Below are positions 1 to 8,966 of a stretch of 64,000 nt of DNA, in pieces; position 1 is the first letter of the stretch; every line of letters starts with the position of its first letter. The notes under the pieces are model-generated. The model did not search any database. It was not told the origin of the DNA and was given only the letters and a program-made list of their open reading frames with translations. Made by a program: the position numbers and the translations under genes. This DNA is from Bacteroidia bacterium (lineage in GTDB: Bacteria; Bacteroidota; Bacteroidia; JAIBAJ01): assembly GCA_019695265.1 (NCBI GenBank), contig JAIBAJ010000001.1, positions 34,347 through 98,346 on the forward strand, read 5' to 3'.

Positions 1-278
1 CCTAAACCTTGGGGTCCTTCGGATTGATTAGCAAAGCTTAGAATGGTTTTATCGGGGCCTTTACCTTTGATGGTAACGTTTGCCACACCTTCCATTGTAA
101 GACCTCGGGTGAAGTTAAACTTCCCTTCCGGCAATTCGATTACATCGCCTGGTTTAGCATTAATAAATTTCTCTTGAATTTCTTTGTATACGGCATCATC
201 GGTTGCGGAAGAGTTGCCACAGGAAGTAATTTGGAAAGCTAAAAATGCAGAGGCTGCCAGGTACAGGAGTTTTTTCAT
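1..278 (-). CDS. Lipoprotein, N-terminal part only; the gene continues beyond the window start
   Basis: ATG at 278 on the minus strand. The reverse-complement translation reads MKKLLYLAASAFLAFQITSCGNSS..., a signal peptide with a lipobox cysteine. No stop codon before position 1. Function unknown. Confidence 0.45.
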   Translation of the reverse strand, partial: MKKLLYLAASAFLAFQITSCGNSSATDDAVYKEIQEKFINAKPGDVIELPEGKFNFTRGLTMEGVANVTIKGKGPDKTILSFANQSEGPQGL

Positions 279-347
279 GAGGATAAATGAGTTGGGTGGA
301 CGAAAATAAGCATATTTCTTTAGAATATTATGGTGTTGAAAAATACC

Positions 348-1643
348 TTACCGGGCAGAGGCCATAAAATCTTCAATATGATCGGCTTCAATTGGAATTT
401 GCTCCATTAAATCGACCGGTTTTCCCAGTGTCACCAAAATATTATTTTCTATTCGAATTCCCAGGTTTTCCTCCTTGATATAGATTCCGGGTTCACAGGT
501 AAACACCATACCGGGTTGAATTGGGGCAAAACGATCACCTATATCATGCACATCCAAGCCAAGAAAATGACCGATACCGTGAGGGTAATATTTAAAAAAG
601 GCAGGTCGTTCGGGGCTGGCATTTTTCACATCGTTGGTGGTTATAAGCCCTAACGACAGCAGTTCATCCTGTATCATTAATCCGGCGGCCTTTCTCAAAT
701 CATCCAAGGCTTTACCGGGAACCATCAGATCTTTTATTTGGCGGTGCACTTTTAGCACCGAATTATACACCTCTTTTTGACGTTTTGTAAATTTCCCGTT
801 TACCGGAATACAACGAGTTAAATCGGCGTTGTAATTGGCGTAGTTTGCACCAAAATCCATCAGAATCACATCCCCATCCAGACAAGGCTTATTGTTTTCG
901 ATATAATGTAAAACACAAGCACTACCGCCGGAAGCAATAATTGGTTCATAAGCATGGCCGGTTGCCCGATTGCGGATAAATTCATGGATTATTTCGGCTT
1001 CAACTTCATATTCCATCACGCCAGGTTTCACAAACTTCATAACCCTTTGGAAGGCTTTATCAGTGATATCGATGGCTTTACGCAACAGATCCACTTCAAT
1101 TGAAGATTTGATAGCTCTGAGTTCGGCCATGATAGGGCCAGAGCGATGGTAATTATGTAGAGGAAATTTGGCTTTTAATTCATTGGCGAAACGTAAATCT
1201 TTGTAAGGAACCATCCAGCCGGAGCGATCATTTTCATTGAGATTCAGATACACATTTTCGGCATGATTCAGAACATAACTCAGAATGGATTCAAAACTTT
1301 CTACCCAAACCACTTTTCGGATACCAGAGGCCTGGGTTGCCTCGGCTTTTGAATATTTATGACCTTCCCAGGTTGCCAAATGCTCGTTGGTTTCAACTAC
1401 AAACAATACCTCCCTGTAATCGTGATTAGGGCAATCCGGTGCCAAAATAAGGATGGATTTTTCCTGATCAATTCCTGTTAGATAGAAAAAGTCGGAGTTT
1501 TGTCTAAATGGATAAACTGCATCACCATTCAAGGGCATTTGATCATTGGAATGAAAAATGGCCACCGAATTGGATTTCAATCGGTTTTTGTAGCGTTGAC
1601 GATTTTCAACAAATAAATCCGGAGATATGGAAGTATACTTCAT
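348..1643 (-). CDS. pepP: Xaa-Pro aminopeptidase (M24 family, PepP-like)
   Basis: 431 aa. Carries the M24 metal-binding motifs HGIGHFLGLDVHD and the pita-bread-fold C-terminus. The N-terminal AMP_N-like region matches aminopeptidase P architecture. Confidence 0.8.
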   Translation of the reverse strand: MKYTSISPDLFVENRQRYKNRLKSNSVAIFHSNDQMPLNGDAVYPFRQNSDFFYLTGIDQEKSILILAPDCPNHDYREVLFVVETNEHLATWEGHKYSKAEATQASGIRKVVWVESFESILSYVLNHAENVYLNLNENDRSGWMVPYKDLRFANELKAKFPLHNYHRSGPIMAELRAIKSSIEVDLLRKAIDITDKAFQRVMKFVKPGVMEYEVEAEIIHEFIRNRATGHAYEPIIASGGSACVLHYIENNKPCLDGDVILMDFGANYANYNADLTRCIPVNGKFTKRQKEVYNSVLKVHRQIKDLMVPGKALDDLRKAAGLMIQDELLSLGLITTNDVKNASPERPAFFKYYPHGIGHFLGLDVHDIGDRFAPIQPGMVFTCEPGIYIKEENLGIRIENNILVTLGKPVDLMEQIPIEADHIEDFMASAR

Positions 1644-1703
1644 GCTTAAGTTTGGTCAAAGGTAAAATTTTGACCTGGTTACCAATTAAAAATACAGAAT
1701 TTC

Positions 1704-3392
1704 CTATTTCACATGCACCACCTTTCTGCTAAGCATGTGGGTGGGAGAAGAAATCATGATGCCATACACGCCCGGAGTTAATCCCAATTCAGAGGCATTA
1801 AGACCAATGGAATGTTCACCCGGATTCAGTTCGGCTTGTAGCAAGAGTTTATTTTTCTCATCCATGCCGCACAGTTCAATTCGAATTTGTTGACGTTCAG
1901 CCAGGGTAAATTTCATTTCGGCATTCCGGCTAAATGGATTTGGGAAAATAGACACTTCGGAAATAGGGCCGGCTGAAACCGGTAATTTATGAATGGACGT
2001 ATTAGAGGTAGAATCGGCATCTTTGAATATGGTAAAATGATCGATAATTTCGCCATAAGCATTCAGGTGCCTACCATCGAGGCGATTATCGTTGATATCC
2101 ATTACAAAGGAACCAACGCAGGTATCACAGCCATAACCGACGTACATGGCGGGATGGTTTAAAGGAGCAGAATCGTCGCTGCTTCCGGAATTACCACAAA
2201 CCACATACACGGTACCCCGATTAGCATTAGAACCTAAGGTGTGCTTATGATAGGCCTGGTCTTGGTCTTCCCTTCCTGAACCGGCATCCAAAACCATAGT
2301 TTCCGGATTAAACGAAGGCAGATCTGAATAAAACCCTTGGAGCAAGTAAGAACGTTCATAAACATGACTATGCCCGCAGACAATCAAATCCACACCATAT
2401 TGTTCCAAAATAGGGGTAATATTTTCTCTCATGGCTTTCATGTAAACTTCCCAAAACGCATCGGCATCGTGACTGCCGGCTGTGTAGGGTGGTTGATGGA
2501 AATAAGCAATTACCCAAGGTTTGGTATTTGCCTGCAAATCGGCGTGCAGCCATTGCGTAAAGGGAGAAGAAGAAAAACCGGAAAGTAAATTAACACCAAT
2601 CCAGTCATCAGAAGGAACAAACAAAGAGCCAATTTCCGAATTAAGGGAGAGGAAGTGAGCATTTCCATAATCATACGAATAGTATAATTCATGGCCTGAA
2701 GCAACACCGCCGCTTTCTCCATTTCTAGGCACTTCGGCCAAATCAAAATAGGGGCCGCTATGTTCGAGGGGAGGTTGAGCATTAGTAACCGGTGAAACAG
2801 AATTGTAATCGTGGTTTCCGGGAGAAGGCATAAAAGGAAGGAAATTAAAAATGCTATCATACCCATTAACCGGATCAAAAACCTTGTTTTGAAATTCTTC
2901 GTCAGTGCCATCGTCATAAGCATTATCTCCCATCCAAATCCAAAGGTCTGTTTCTGCTGCTCCCGGATATTTCATGTAAGCCCGATGGCATTTACCTTGT
3001 TTATCGTTGCCCTTTCCAAAATCGCCGATTCCCCAAACTCTTATTGGTTCAACTGTACCTGGTGTTGGCCAGGTTTTAAACCGGTGCAAACTATCCCCAC
3101 CTTCAACAATGGCTCCGGCTGAATCAGCAATAGCATAAAAATAGGTTGTTGATGGCTGCAAACCCGATATTGTTACTATGTGATTGGTGGCAGTGCCGGG
3201 TACAGATGCAGAACTAGACAAATCGGCGGGACTTAACCCATATTTAACATTGGAAGAAGTGGCCGAATCGCTTCGCCACATCACTTTGATGCTATTCCAA
3301 TTCGGACTTTGCAGGTAAGGTCCGCGGATAATGGATTGAGAATAAAGAGTTGAGCTGGCAACCAAGGCCAAAAGGGTAAACAGTTTTTTCAT
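1704..3392 (-). CDS. Secreted calcineurin-like metallophosphoesterase (purple acid phosphatase-like) with T9SS C-terminal sorting domain
   Basis: Signal peptide MKKLFTLLALVASSTLYSQS. Phosphoesterase motifs GDxxY (GDFGKG, GDNAYDDG) and GNHD (SPGNHDY), plus GHSHVYER. The C-terminal ~80 aa (FPNPFS...MISSP..) resemble a Por/T9SS C-terminal domain. Confidence 0.7.
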   Translation of the reverse strand: MKKLFTLLALVASSTLYSQSIIRGPYLQSPNWNSIKVMWRSDSATSSNVKYGLSPADLSSSASVPGTATNHIVTISGLQPSTTYFYAIADSAGAIVEGGDSLHRFKTWPTPGTVEPIRVWGIGDFGKGNDKQGKCHRAYMKYPGAAETDLWIWMGDNAYDDGTDEEFQNKVFDPVNGYDSIFNFLPFMPSPGNHDYNSVSPVTNAQPPLEHSGPYFDLAEVPRNGESGGVASGHELYYSYDYGNAHFLSLNSEIGSLFVPSDDWIGVNLLSGFSSSPFTQWLHADLQANTKPWVIAYFHQPPYTAGSHDADAFWEVYMKAMRENITPILEQYGVDLIVCGHSHVYERSYLLQGFYSDLPSFNPETMVLDAGSGREDQDQAYHKHTLGSNANRGTVYVVCGNSGSSDDSAPLNHPAMYVGYGCDTCVGSFVMDINDNRLDGRHLNAYGEIIDHFTIFKDADSTSNTSIHKLPVSAGPISEVSIFPNPFSRNAEMKFTLAERQQIRIELCGMDEKNKLLLQAELNPGEHSIGLNASELGLTPGVYGIMISSPTHMLSRKVVHVK

Positions 3393-3556
3393 GCCACAGG
3401 AATGGTCAAATATAGAAAATGATCGGCAATTGAGTTAAAGAGAATATAAAGTTTTTGGTATAAATTTCAGTTGACATCCGTATAAAAATGCCGGATGAAG
3501 GGCCACCCGGTTGCGTGGAGACTAAAATATGCCTTACTTTGCACCAATCAGAAAAC

Positions 3557-4333
3557 ATGTCAAAAAGACCAACCATATTAGTTACCAATGATGATGGCAT
3601 AACTGCACCTGGAATTCGAGCTTTGGTTGAAGCCATGAAAGAAATTGGAGAGGTAGTGGTAGTTGCGCCGGATAGTCCACAAAGTGCTATGGGTCACGCC
3701 ATTACTATTAGCAAACCTCTTCGATTGTATAAAACCGAAATCCATGGTGAAGTTTTGGGTTACCAATGCAGCGGCACACCGGTCGACTGTGTTAAACTGG
3801 CTGTTAACCAAATTTTACACAAAGCACCCGATTTGTGCGTAAGCGGAATCAATCACGGAAGCAATTCTTCCATCAATATTATTTATTCCGGAACCATGAG
3901 TGCCGCCATGGAAGGAGGAATTGAAGGAATTCCAAGCATTGGCTTTTCTCTCCTGAATTATGCTCACGATGCCGATTTTTCCGCGTCCAAAGAAGTGGCC
4001 AAACGAGTGGTTCAACAGGTCCTAAAAAACGGTATGCCTAAAGACACCTTGCTCAATGTAAACATCCCAAATCTACCTTGGGAGCAAGTAAAAGGCATGA
4101 AAATTTGCAGACAAGCCCGGGCCAAATGGAAAGAAGAATTTGACGAACGAAAAGATCCCACCGGCCGACCTTATTTCTGGCTTACCGGTAAATTTATCAA
4201 TATGGACAAAGGGGAGGATACCGACGAATGGGCCCTCGAAAATGGCTATGTTTCCATTGTTCCAGTTCAGTTTGACCTGACTGCCCACCATGCAGTTTCA
4301 ACACTCAATCAATGGGATTTTGATGAAAAATAA
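3557..4333 (+). CDS. surE: 5'/3'-nucleotidase SurE
   Basis: N-terminus ILVTNDDGITAPGIRAL is the SurE signature. Start taken at ATG 3557 (MSKRPTIL) rather than the upstream ORF-track start. Confidence 0.85.
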   Translation: MSKRPTILVTNDDGITAPGIRALVEAMKEIGEVVVVAPDSPQSAMGHAITISKPLRLYKTEIHGEVLGYQCSGTPVDCVKLAVNQILHKAPDLCVSGINHGSNSSINIIYSGTMSAAMEGGIEGIPSIGFSLLNYAHDADFSASKEVAKRVVQQVLKNGMPKDTLLNVNIPNLPWEQVKGMKICRQARAKWKEEFDERKDPTGRPYFWLTGKFINMDKGEDTDEWALENGYVSIVPVQFDLTAHHAVSTLNQWDFDEK

Positions 4334-4640
4334 ATTCGAGTTTAAACGAGATTCAAAACTAACCGGCTTTATTCTAGGACTTCTGTTTCCGCCGGTTTTC
4401 ATGTTTCTGTATTGGTTGTTCCTTCTGCAAAACAAGGTTCCCGATTTGGTCATTTCCCGATTGTACTACGAAAACCAATTAGCTCCTTTCATTGGATTAG
4501 CCCAAATTGCCAACGCCGGATTGTTTTTCTATTTTATTAAAAAATGGGACGCCGATGAAAGTGGCAAAGGAGTCATTTTTGCCATGCTTTTTTATGGGGC
4601 TATTATTTTGTATTTAAAACTGGATACTATTGGATCTTAG
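4323..4640 (+). CDS. Small hypothetical membrane protein (3 predicted TM helices)
   Basis: ATG at 4323 overlaps the surE stop (4331-4333) and is co-oriented with it. The protein is hydrophobic (LGLLFPPVFMFLYWLFLL...). No recognisable family. Confidence 0.45.
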   Translation: MKNKFEFKRDSKLTGFILGLLFPPVFMFLYWLFLLQNKVPDLVISRLYYENQLAPFIGLAQIANAGLFFYFIKKWDADESGKGVIFAMLFYGAIILYLKLDTIGS

Positions 4641-4855
4641 GACTTTACACAAGGAAACGGGAATATTTGCAGGCTTCACCCGCCGAGGTTTTCGGCCCGA
4701 AATTGGCAACTGAATTAATTTCACCGAAGACAGGCTGCAAGCTCAATTCTACAAGCCTTTTTCTTGTCAATTCTGAATAATTCTCGACTACTTCCTGACA
4801 AGGAATCCTAGAATTTTGAATTATTATTGAATTCTTGGACGGATAAATAGTTTTT

Positions 4856-5010
4856 GGCGGGCCCCCTTCCGCCCAAAAGTTGGTTTCAAATCCGGGAATT
4901 CTGCAAGGGCGTTCGGGTCACGCTATCGGCTGTAGTCCTCGGCCCACTTGGCTAACGCCGCGTGCGCCTGTGGGCTACTTGCCTCTATCGTTGCCCGAGG
5001 TGCGAGTCCA
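4856..5010 (+). repeat. Family-1a dispersed intergenic structured repeat, copy A
   Basis: Begins with the GC hairpin GGCGGGCCCCCTTCCGCC. Core is GGCGTTCGGGTCACGCTATCGGCTGTAGTCC...CTGTGGGCTACTTGCCTCTATCGTTGCCCG. Near-identical cores at 15670-15827 (reverse complement), 23008-23160 and 49010-49170. Confidence 0.85.
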
Positions 5011-5045
5011 ACTTAAGGCAATTTTGAAAAGCTTTTCCTAGGTTT

Positions 5046-5090
5046 AACCCAAATTCCAAACGAAGTTAAACTTCTTTTGGAATTTGGGTT
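5046..5090. terminator. Near-perfect ~21-bp-stem hairpin downstream of the minus-strand giant gene; possible terminator
   Basis: AACCCAAATTCCAAACGAAGTT / AACTTCTTTTGGAATTTGGGTT pairs with one mismatch and almost no loop. It lies 43-87 bp 3' of the stop at 5133. No clear U-tract, so intrinsic-terminator status is uncertain. Confidence 0.4.
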
Positions 5091-5132
5091 AAAATGATCA
5101 TTGAAAGTTTGATTATGCAACCTTCAGGCAAA

Positions 5133-8100
5133 CTACCATTTTGTTTCGCGGTCAAAAACCTCCTTCGAAGCATTTTCACCATTTTTGAAATAGTAAATTC
5201 CACCCCAATTCCATTTCACCTTTTGGTATTCATTCACGTTGGTAGGACCTCTATTCACAATAACCCTAGTAATGGTTTTATTCGCTTCCTGAATAAGATC
5301 TTCCGAAACACCTTCCGGGTATTTTTTATACAACTCGGCCATATAATCGGCCTTGGTCTTTACTTCAGGCGCCGCCGAAACTTGTCCGTTCTTTGCTGAA
5401 TATTCAGCTTCCAATTTAGCTCTTAATTCCTTTTCGATTTGAGCTTGTTTATCCAAGGCGTCTTGCTTTGCCATTTCCTTGGCTTTTTTCTCAAATTCTT
5501 TCTTTGCCTGAAACTCTGATGCTGCCTGCCATTGTTCCTCATTGCGTTTCAAACGATCCTCGTTGCGTTGAGCCTTTTCTTTGGCATCTATTTCTTTATG
5601 CTCTGCAGCCAATCGTGCTGCTTCTTCTTTTCTCTGACGCTCCAGTTCCATTTGCCTTTCCTTCTCAGCCATTTGGGCATTTTTGGCTGAATCTCGTTTA
5701 CTTGTATCGAATGCTAGCTGATCTGCTCTTCGTTTTTGATTTGCTTCCCGTTCCGCAGTAGATTTTTCAATGAAAGTTTGTTTGGCTGCTGCATTTGCTT
5801 CCACTTGCGCATTTCTTGTCGAATCTTTATTTTCTTTTACTTCCTTCCTGTAATCCTGAGTCTTTTGATCAGCTTGAGCCTTAGCTTCCTGGTACTCTTT
5901 CAATTTCCTTTCCTTTTCGGCAGCATTGGCAGCCCTAACTGAATCTCTTATTCTAGCTTCATTAGCCAGTTGATTTTCCCTTTGTTGCTTTTCCATTGCC
6001 TTTTCAGCTTCTGAAATTTCTTTTGACAGTTGCTTTTGGCTATTAAAGGTTTGCAGGGCCGCATTTCTATTGGAATCCCTTTCTGCTTTTTGCTCCTGGC
6101 GGTATTGGTTGGTATTTTGTTTTAGGCTTTCCAATGCAACTTGGTGTTCTTCCTTCTGTCTGGCCTTTTCATTGGCTTGTGCAGTCCGAACGGAATCCTT
6201 TATTCTGGCTTCCCTTGCCAATTGTTCTTCCCTTTGTTGCTTTTCCAAAGCTTTTTCAGCTTCCGATTTCTCTTTAGATATTTGCTTTTGGTTGTTAAAT
6301 GTTTCTACTTGTGCTGTTCGGGTGGCATCCTTTTCACTTTTCTGTTGTTCCCTGTACTGATTGGTAGTTTGTTTTAGATTTTCAAGGTTTTTTTGATGCT
6401 CTAATTGTTGGCGATTCTTCTCATTTGCTTGTGCCGTACGCACCGAATCTTTAATTCTGGTTTCATTGGCCAATTGGTTTTCGCGTTTCAGTTGAAGCTC
6501 GGTTTTAGTTGCCAATGCCTTTTCTTGCGACAATTGCTTATCTGCCTCAAATTCAGTTTTTTGAGCGGTGCGGATGCTATCTTTTAAACTTCTCTGGGTT
6601 TCTCTGTAATTGGCTGTTGTGGCCAGTAATTCTTCCTTTTTACGCTGATATTCAGCCATTCTTGCATCCTTTTCCGATTGGGATTTTAGTTTAGCATTTT
6701 CCCTTTCTGCCATTTCTTCCTCTTTCAATTTGGCATTCTTCTCCTCCTGCATTTTGGTTTCCAATTCTTTACGAATTTTTCGTTCCAACTCAGCCCTTAA
6801 CGCTTCCTCAGCCTTTCTATTCTCTTCCGCGGTGGTACTTTCTACAAAAACCTCATTTTGCAAAGCCGTTCTTTCTTCGTTCGCCTCATCTGCTTTGGCT
6901 TTTTTTGCTTTCTGTTGTTCAAGGAATTGACGTTCCTTTTCCTGTTCTTCTTTTCTTCTGTTTTCTGCTTCTTCTCTGGCTTTTTGAAGAGCAGCCAATC
7001 TTGCTTCTTCTTCTTGTTTTCTTTTTTCTTCAGCTTTAATTTTCCTTGCCTGAGCCTCATCCCAAGCTTGCTGTTGGCGAATCTTCATTTCTTCAGCCGG
7101 GGTAAGTCCGGGGGATGGTTTAGAAATAACCGTTGGACTTGCTAACCTTGTATCACCTTCCTGACTTGCCTTTTGAGCAGCGGCTTCCTTGGCTTGTTGT
7201 TGAGCTTTTAATCTTTTTTCGGCTTCCAAAGCTTTTCGATCAGCTTCTTCCTGAGCAATTTGCCAAGCTTTATCGGCTTGTTCCTTTTCCAACCTTGCTT
7301 TATTCTCTGCGGCTAGTCTTTTATCCTCTTCTTCCTTGGCCTGTGCAGCAGCAATTGCTTTTTTCCGGGCTTCTTCCTGTCTTTTACTTTCCTCTGCTTG
7401 GGCTTGAGCGGCTATCAAAGCTTGTTTTTGGGCTTCTTCCTTAGCCAATTGCTCTGATTTAGCCTTTTCTTGCAACAAAAGTTCAGCTTTTTGAGCATTC
7501 TCTGCTGCCAGGCGCTTATCTTCTTCCTCTTTAGCTTTGGCAGCTTCTATTGCCCGCTTTTTGGCCTCTTCTTTCGCCTTTTGTTCAGCTTCTTTTTGAT
7601 TTTTTGCATCTGCTTCTTCTTTGGCTTTAGCTAGTTGAGCATTTTTTTTCTCCTGTTTAGCCTTTTGCAATGCCTCTTCTTTGGCAGCAGCCTCAAGTTC
7701 AGCTTTGGCTTTTGCCTCAGCAGCCAGTCGCTTTTCCTCTTCGGCTTTAGCTTTAGCAATTGCTTCTGATTTGGCCTTTTCTTCTGAGGCTTTTAAGGCT
7801 GCTTCTGCTTCAGCCTTAGCTTTGGCTTCGGCCGCTAGTCTTTTTACTTCTTCTGCTTGGGCTTTGGCGGCGGCTTCTGCCTTGGCCTTTTCCTCAGCAG
7901 CTTTTTTTGCAGCTTCTGCTTTTGCGGCAGCTTCTGCTTCCGCTTTGGCTTTGGCCTCAGCTTCGGTTTTTGCTTTGGCTTCGGCTGCTAGTCTTTTTTC
8001 TTCCTCTGCTTTGGCTTTGGCAGCGGCTTCTGCCTTGGCCTTTTCTTCCGCGGCTTTTTTTGCAGCTTCTGCTTTGGCAGCTGCTTCTGCATCCGCTTTG

Positions 8101-8906
8101 GCTTTGGCCTCTGCTTCGGCTTTTGCTTTGGCTTCGGCAACTAGTCTTTTTTCTTCATCTGCTTGGGCTTTGGCGGCGGCTTCTGCCTTGGCCTTTTCCT
8201 CAGCAGCTTTTTTTGCAGCTTCTGCTTTGGCAGCTGCTTCTGCCTCCGCTTTAGCTTTAGCCTCTGCATCGGCTTTGGCTTTGGCTTCTGCTGCTAGTCT
8301 TTTTTCTTCCTCTGCTTTTGCCTTTGCAGCTGCTGCTTCTTTTTTCTTTGCCTCTTCCAAAGCCTTTTTTTCGGCTTGAGCCTTGGCTGCAGCTTCGGCT
8401 TCCTTCTTATCTACCTCACTTTCAGCAGCTTTCTCTAGCTCTTCCTGCTTCTTTTGAAATTGCATGCTATAATCCAAGTCGTAGTTAAAATCCTGGGTTT
8501 TATTATCCCAACTAATTTTAGCAACAGGGTTGTTATAAATGGCTACACTTGTATTATCCTGTGGCTTAAACAATTCCACCACAAAAGAAAAGTCTGAAGT
8601 TCGAGCGGTACTATCATCGGGAATATTGGTTATGAATTGCAACTTTTTGGTTACATAACCCTCTTTGGAGAACTCAACAATATATTCAGTATTCAGAGCC
8701 AGCTTGTACAACAACTTCCCTGTTTCGGTGGTGGTAAATTCGTCTTCTACCTTGCCTTTTTCAATGTATTTAACTGTAACACCGGCAAGATTCTTTTTGC
8801 CATCCTTTACAACTCCCTTTATATCCAAACCTTGACCCCATGTTTGTAAGTAAAAGAACAAAAGGAACAAGGATGTTAAGAATTTCAGCCTACGTTTGTG
8901 CTGCAT
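5133..8906 (-). CDS. Giant secreted protein: signal peptide, carboxypeptidase-regulatory-like N-domain, TolA-like Ala/Glu/Lys-rich coiled-coil repeats, globular C-terminal domain
   Basis: 1257 aa. N-terminus MQHKRRLKFLTSLFLLFFYLQTWGQG then DIKGVVKDGKKNLAGVTVKY. About 260 aa of AEAKAKAEAEA..EEKRLAAEAKAK repeats with a 51-aa period, and three ~80-aa repeats (SKEISEAEKAMEKQQRENQLANEARIRDSVR). The C-terminal ~100 aa are non-repetitive. Confidence 0.7.
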   Translation of the reverse strand: MQHKRRLKFLTSLFLLFFYLQTWGQGLDIKGVVKDGKKNLAGVTVKYIEKGKVEDEFTTTETGKLLYKLALNTEYIVEFSKEGYVTKKLQFITNIPDDSTARTSDFSFVVELFKPQDNTSVAIYNNPVAKISWDNKTQDFNYDLDYSMQFQKKQEELEKAAESEVDKKEAEAAAKAQAEKKALEEAKKKEAAAAKAKAEEEKRLAAEAKAKADAEAKAKAEAEAAAKAEAAKKAAEEKAKAEAAAKAQADEEKRLVAEAKAKAEAEAKAKADAEAAAKAEAAKKAAEEKAKAEAAAKAKAEEEKRLAAEAKAKTEAEAKAKAEAEAAAKAEAAKKAAEEKAKAEAAAKAQAEEVKRLAAEAKAKAEAEAALKASEEKAKSEAIAKAKAEEEKRLAAEAKAKAELEAAAKEEALQKAKQEKKNAQLAKAKEEADAKNQKEAEQKAKEEAKKRAIEAAKAKEEEDKRLAAENAQKAELLLQEKAKSEQLAKEEAQKQALIAAQAQAEESKRQEEARKKAIAAAQAKEEEDKRLAAENKARLEKEQADKAWQIAQEEADRKALEAEKRLKAQQQAKEAAAQKASQEGDTRLASPTVISKPSPGLTPAEEMKIRQQQAWDEAQARKIKAEEKRKQEEEARLAALQKAREEAENRRKEEQEKERQFLEQQKAKKAKADEANEERTALQNEVFVESTTAEENRKAEEALRAELERKIRKELETKMQEEKNAKLKEEEMAERENAKLKSQSEKDARMAEYQRKKEELLATTANYRETQRSLKDSIRTAQKTEFEADKQLSQEKALATKTELQLKRENQLANETRIKDSVRTAQANEKNRQQLEHQKNLENLKQTTNQYREQQKSEKDATRTAQVETFNNQKQISKEKSEAEKALEKQQREEQLAREARIKDSVRTAQANEKARQKEEHQVALESLKQNTNQYRQEQKAERDSNRNAALQTFNSQKQLSKEISEAEKAMEKQQRENQLANEARIRDSVRAANAAEKERKLKEYQEAKAQADQKTQDYRKEVKENKDSTRNAQVEANAAAKQTFIEKSTAEREANQKRRADQLAFDTSKRDSAKNAQMAEKERQMELERQRKEEAARLAAEHKEIDAKEKAQRNEDRLKRNEEQWQAASEFQAKKEFEKKAKEMAKQDALDKQAQIEKELRAKLEAEYSAKNGQVSAAPEVKTKADYMAELYKKYPEGVSEDLIQEANKTITRVIVNRGPTNVNEYQKVKWNWGGIYYFKNGENASKEVFDRETKW
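5930..6650. repeat. Three tandem copies of a ~240-bp repeat inside the giant CDS (encode ~80-aa repeats)
   Basis: Nucleotide segments starting near 5941, 6181 and 6421 are highly similar, e.g. ...ttctggcttcccttgccaattgttcttccctttgttgcttttcca... recurs. Confidence 0.7.
7690..8340. repeat. About four near-identical tandem copies of a 153-bp repeat inside the giant CDS (encode 51-aa AEK repeats)
   Basis: gctttggcRgcggcttctgccttggccttttcYtcMgc... recurs at about 7861, 8011, 8161 and 8311 with very few substitutions. Confidence 0.8.
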
Positions 8907-8966
8907 CGATTTTCGATTTCAAATAAAAGTTTACAAATATCGTCCAATTCAAATTAGAAACCAAAA

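Noticed and set aside
3406-3636. 76-aa minus-strand ORF upstream of and overlapping surE
   Set aside because: It overlaps the surE start region and its promoter, and has no motifs. surE is strongly supported on the plus strand.
4905-4925. GCGTTCGGGTCACGC inside the family-1a repeats resembles a tRNA T-arm (stem plus 7-nt loop)
   Set aside because: The loop TCGGGTC does not match the TTCRANY consensus, and no acceptor, D or anticodon arms can be formed around it. Not a tRNA or tRNA-derived element.
7690-8340. Regularly spaced near-identical 153-bp repeats, considered as a possible CRISPR array
   Set aside because: The repeats are directly tandem with no unique spacers, and they lie in frame inside a long protein-coding ORF where they encode amino-acid repeats.
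7681-8379. 232-aa Ala/Ser/Leu-rich ORF on the plus strand, plus several other 60-115-aa plus-strand ORFs between 5400 and 8300
   Set aside because: They lie antisense to the 1257-aa repeat gene. Their low-complexity translations are the mirror image of the AEK-rich repeats, and none has a start context or a domain. The minus-strand ORF has a signal peptide and globular termini.
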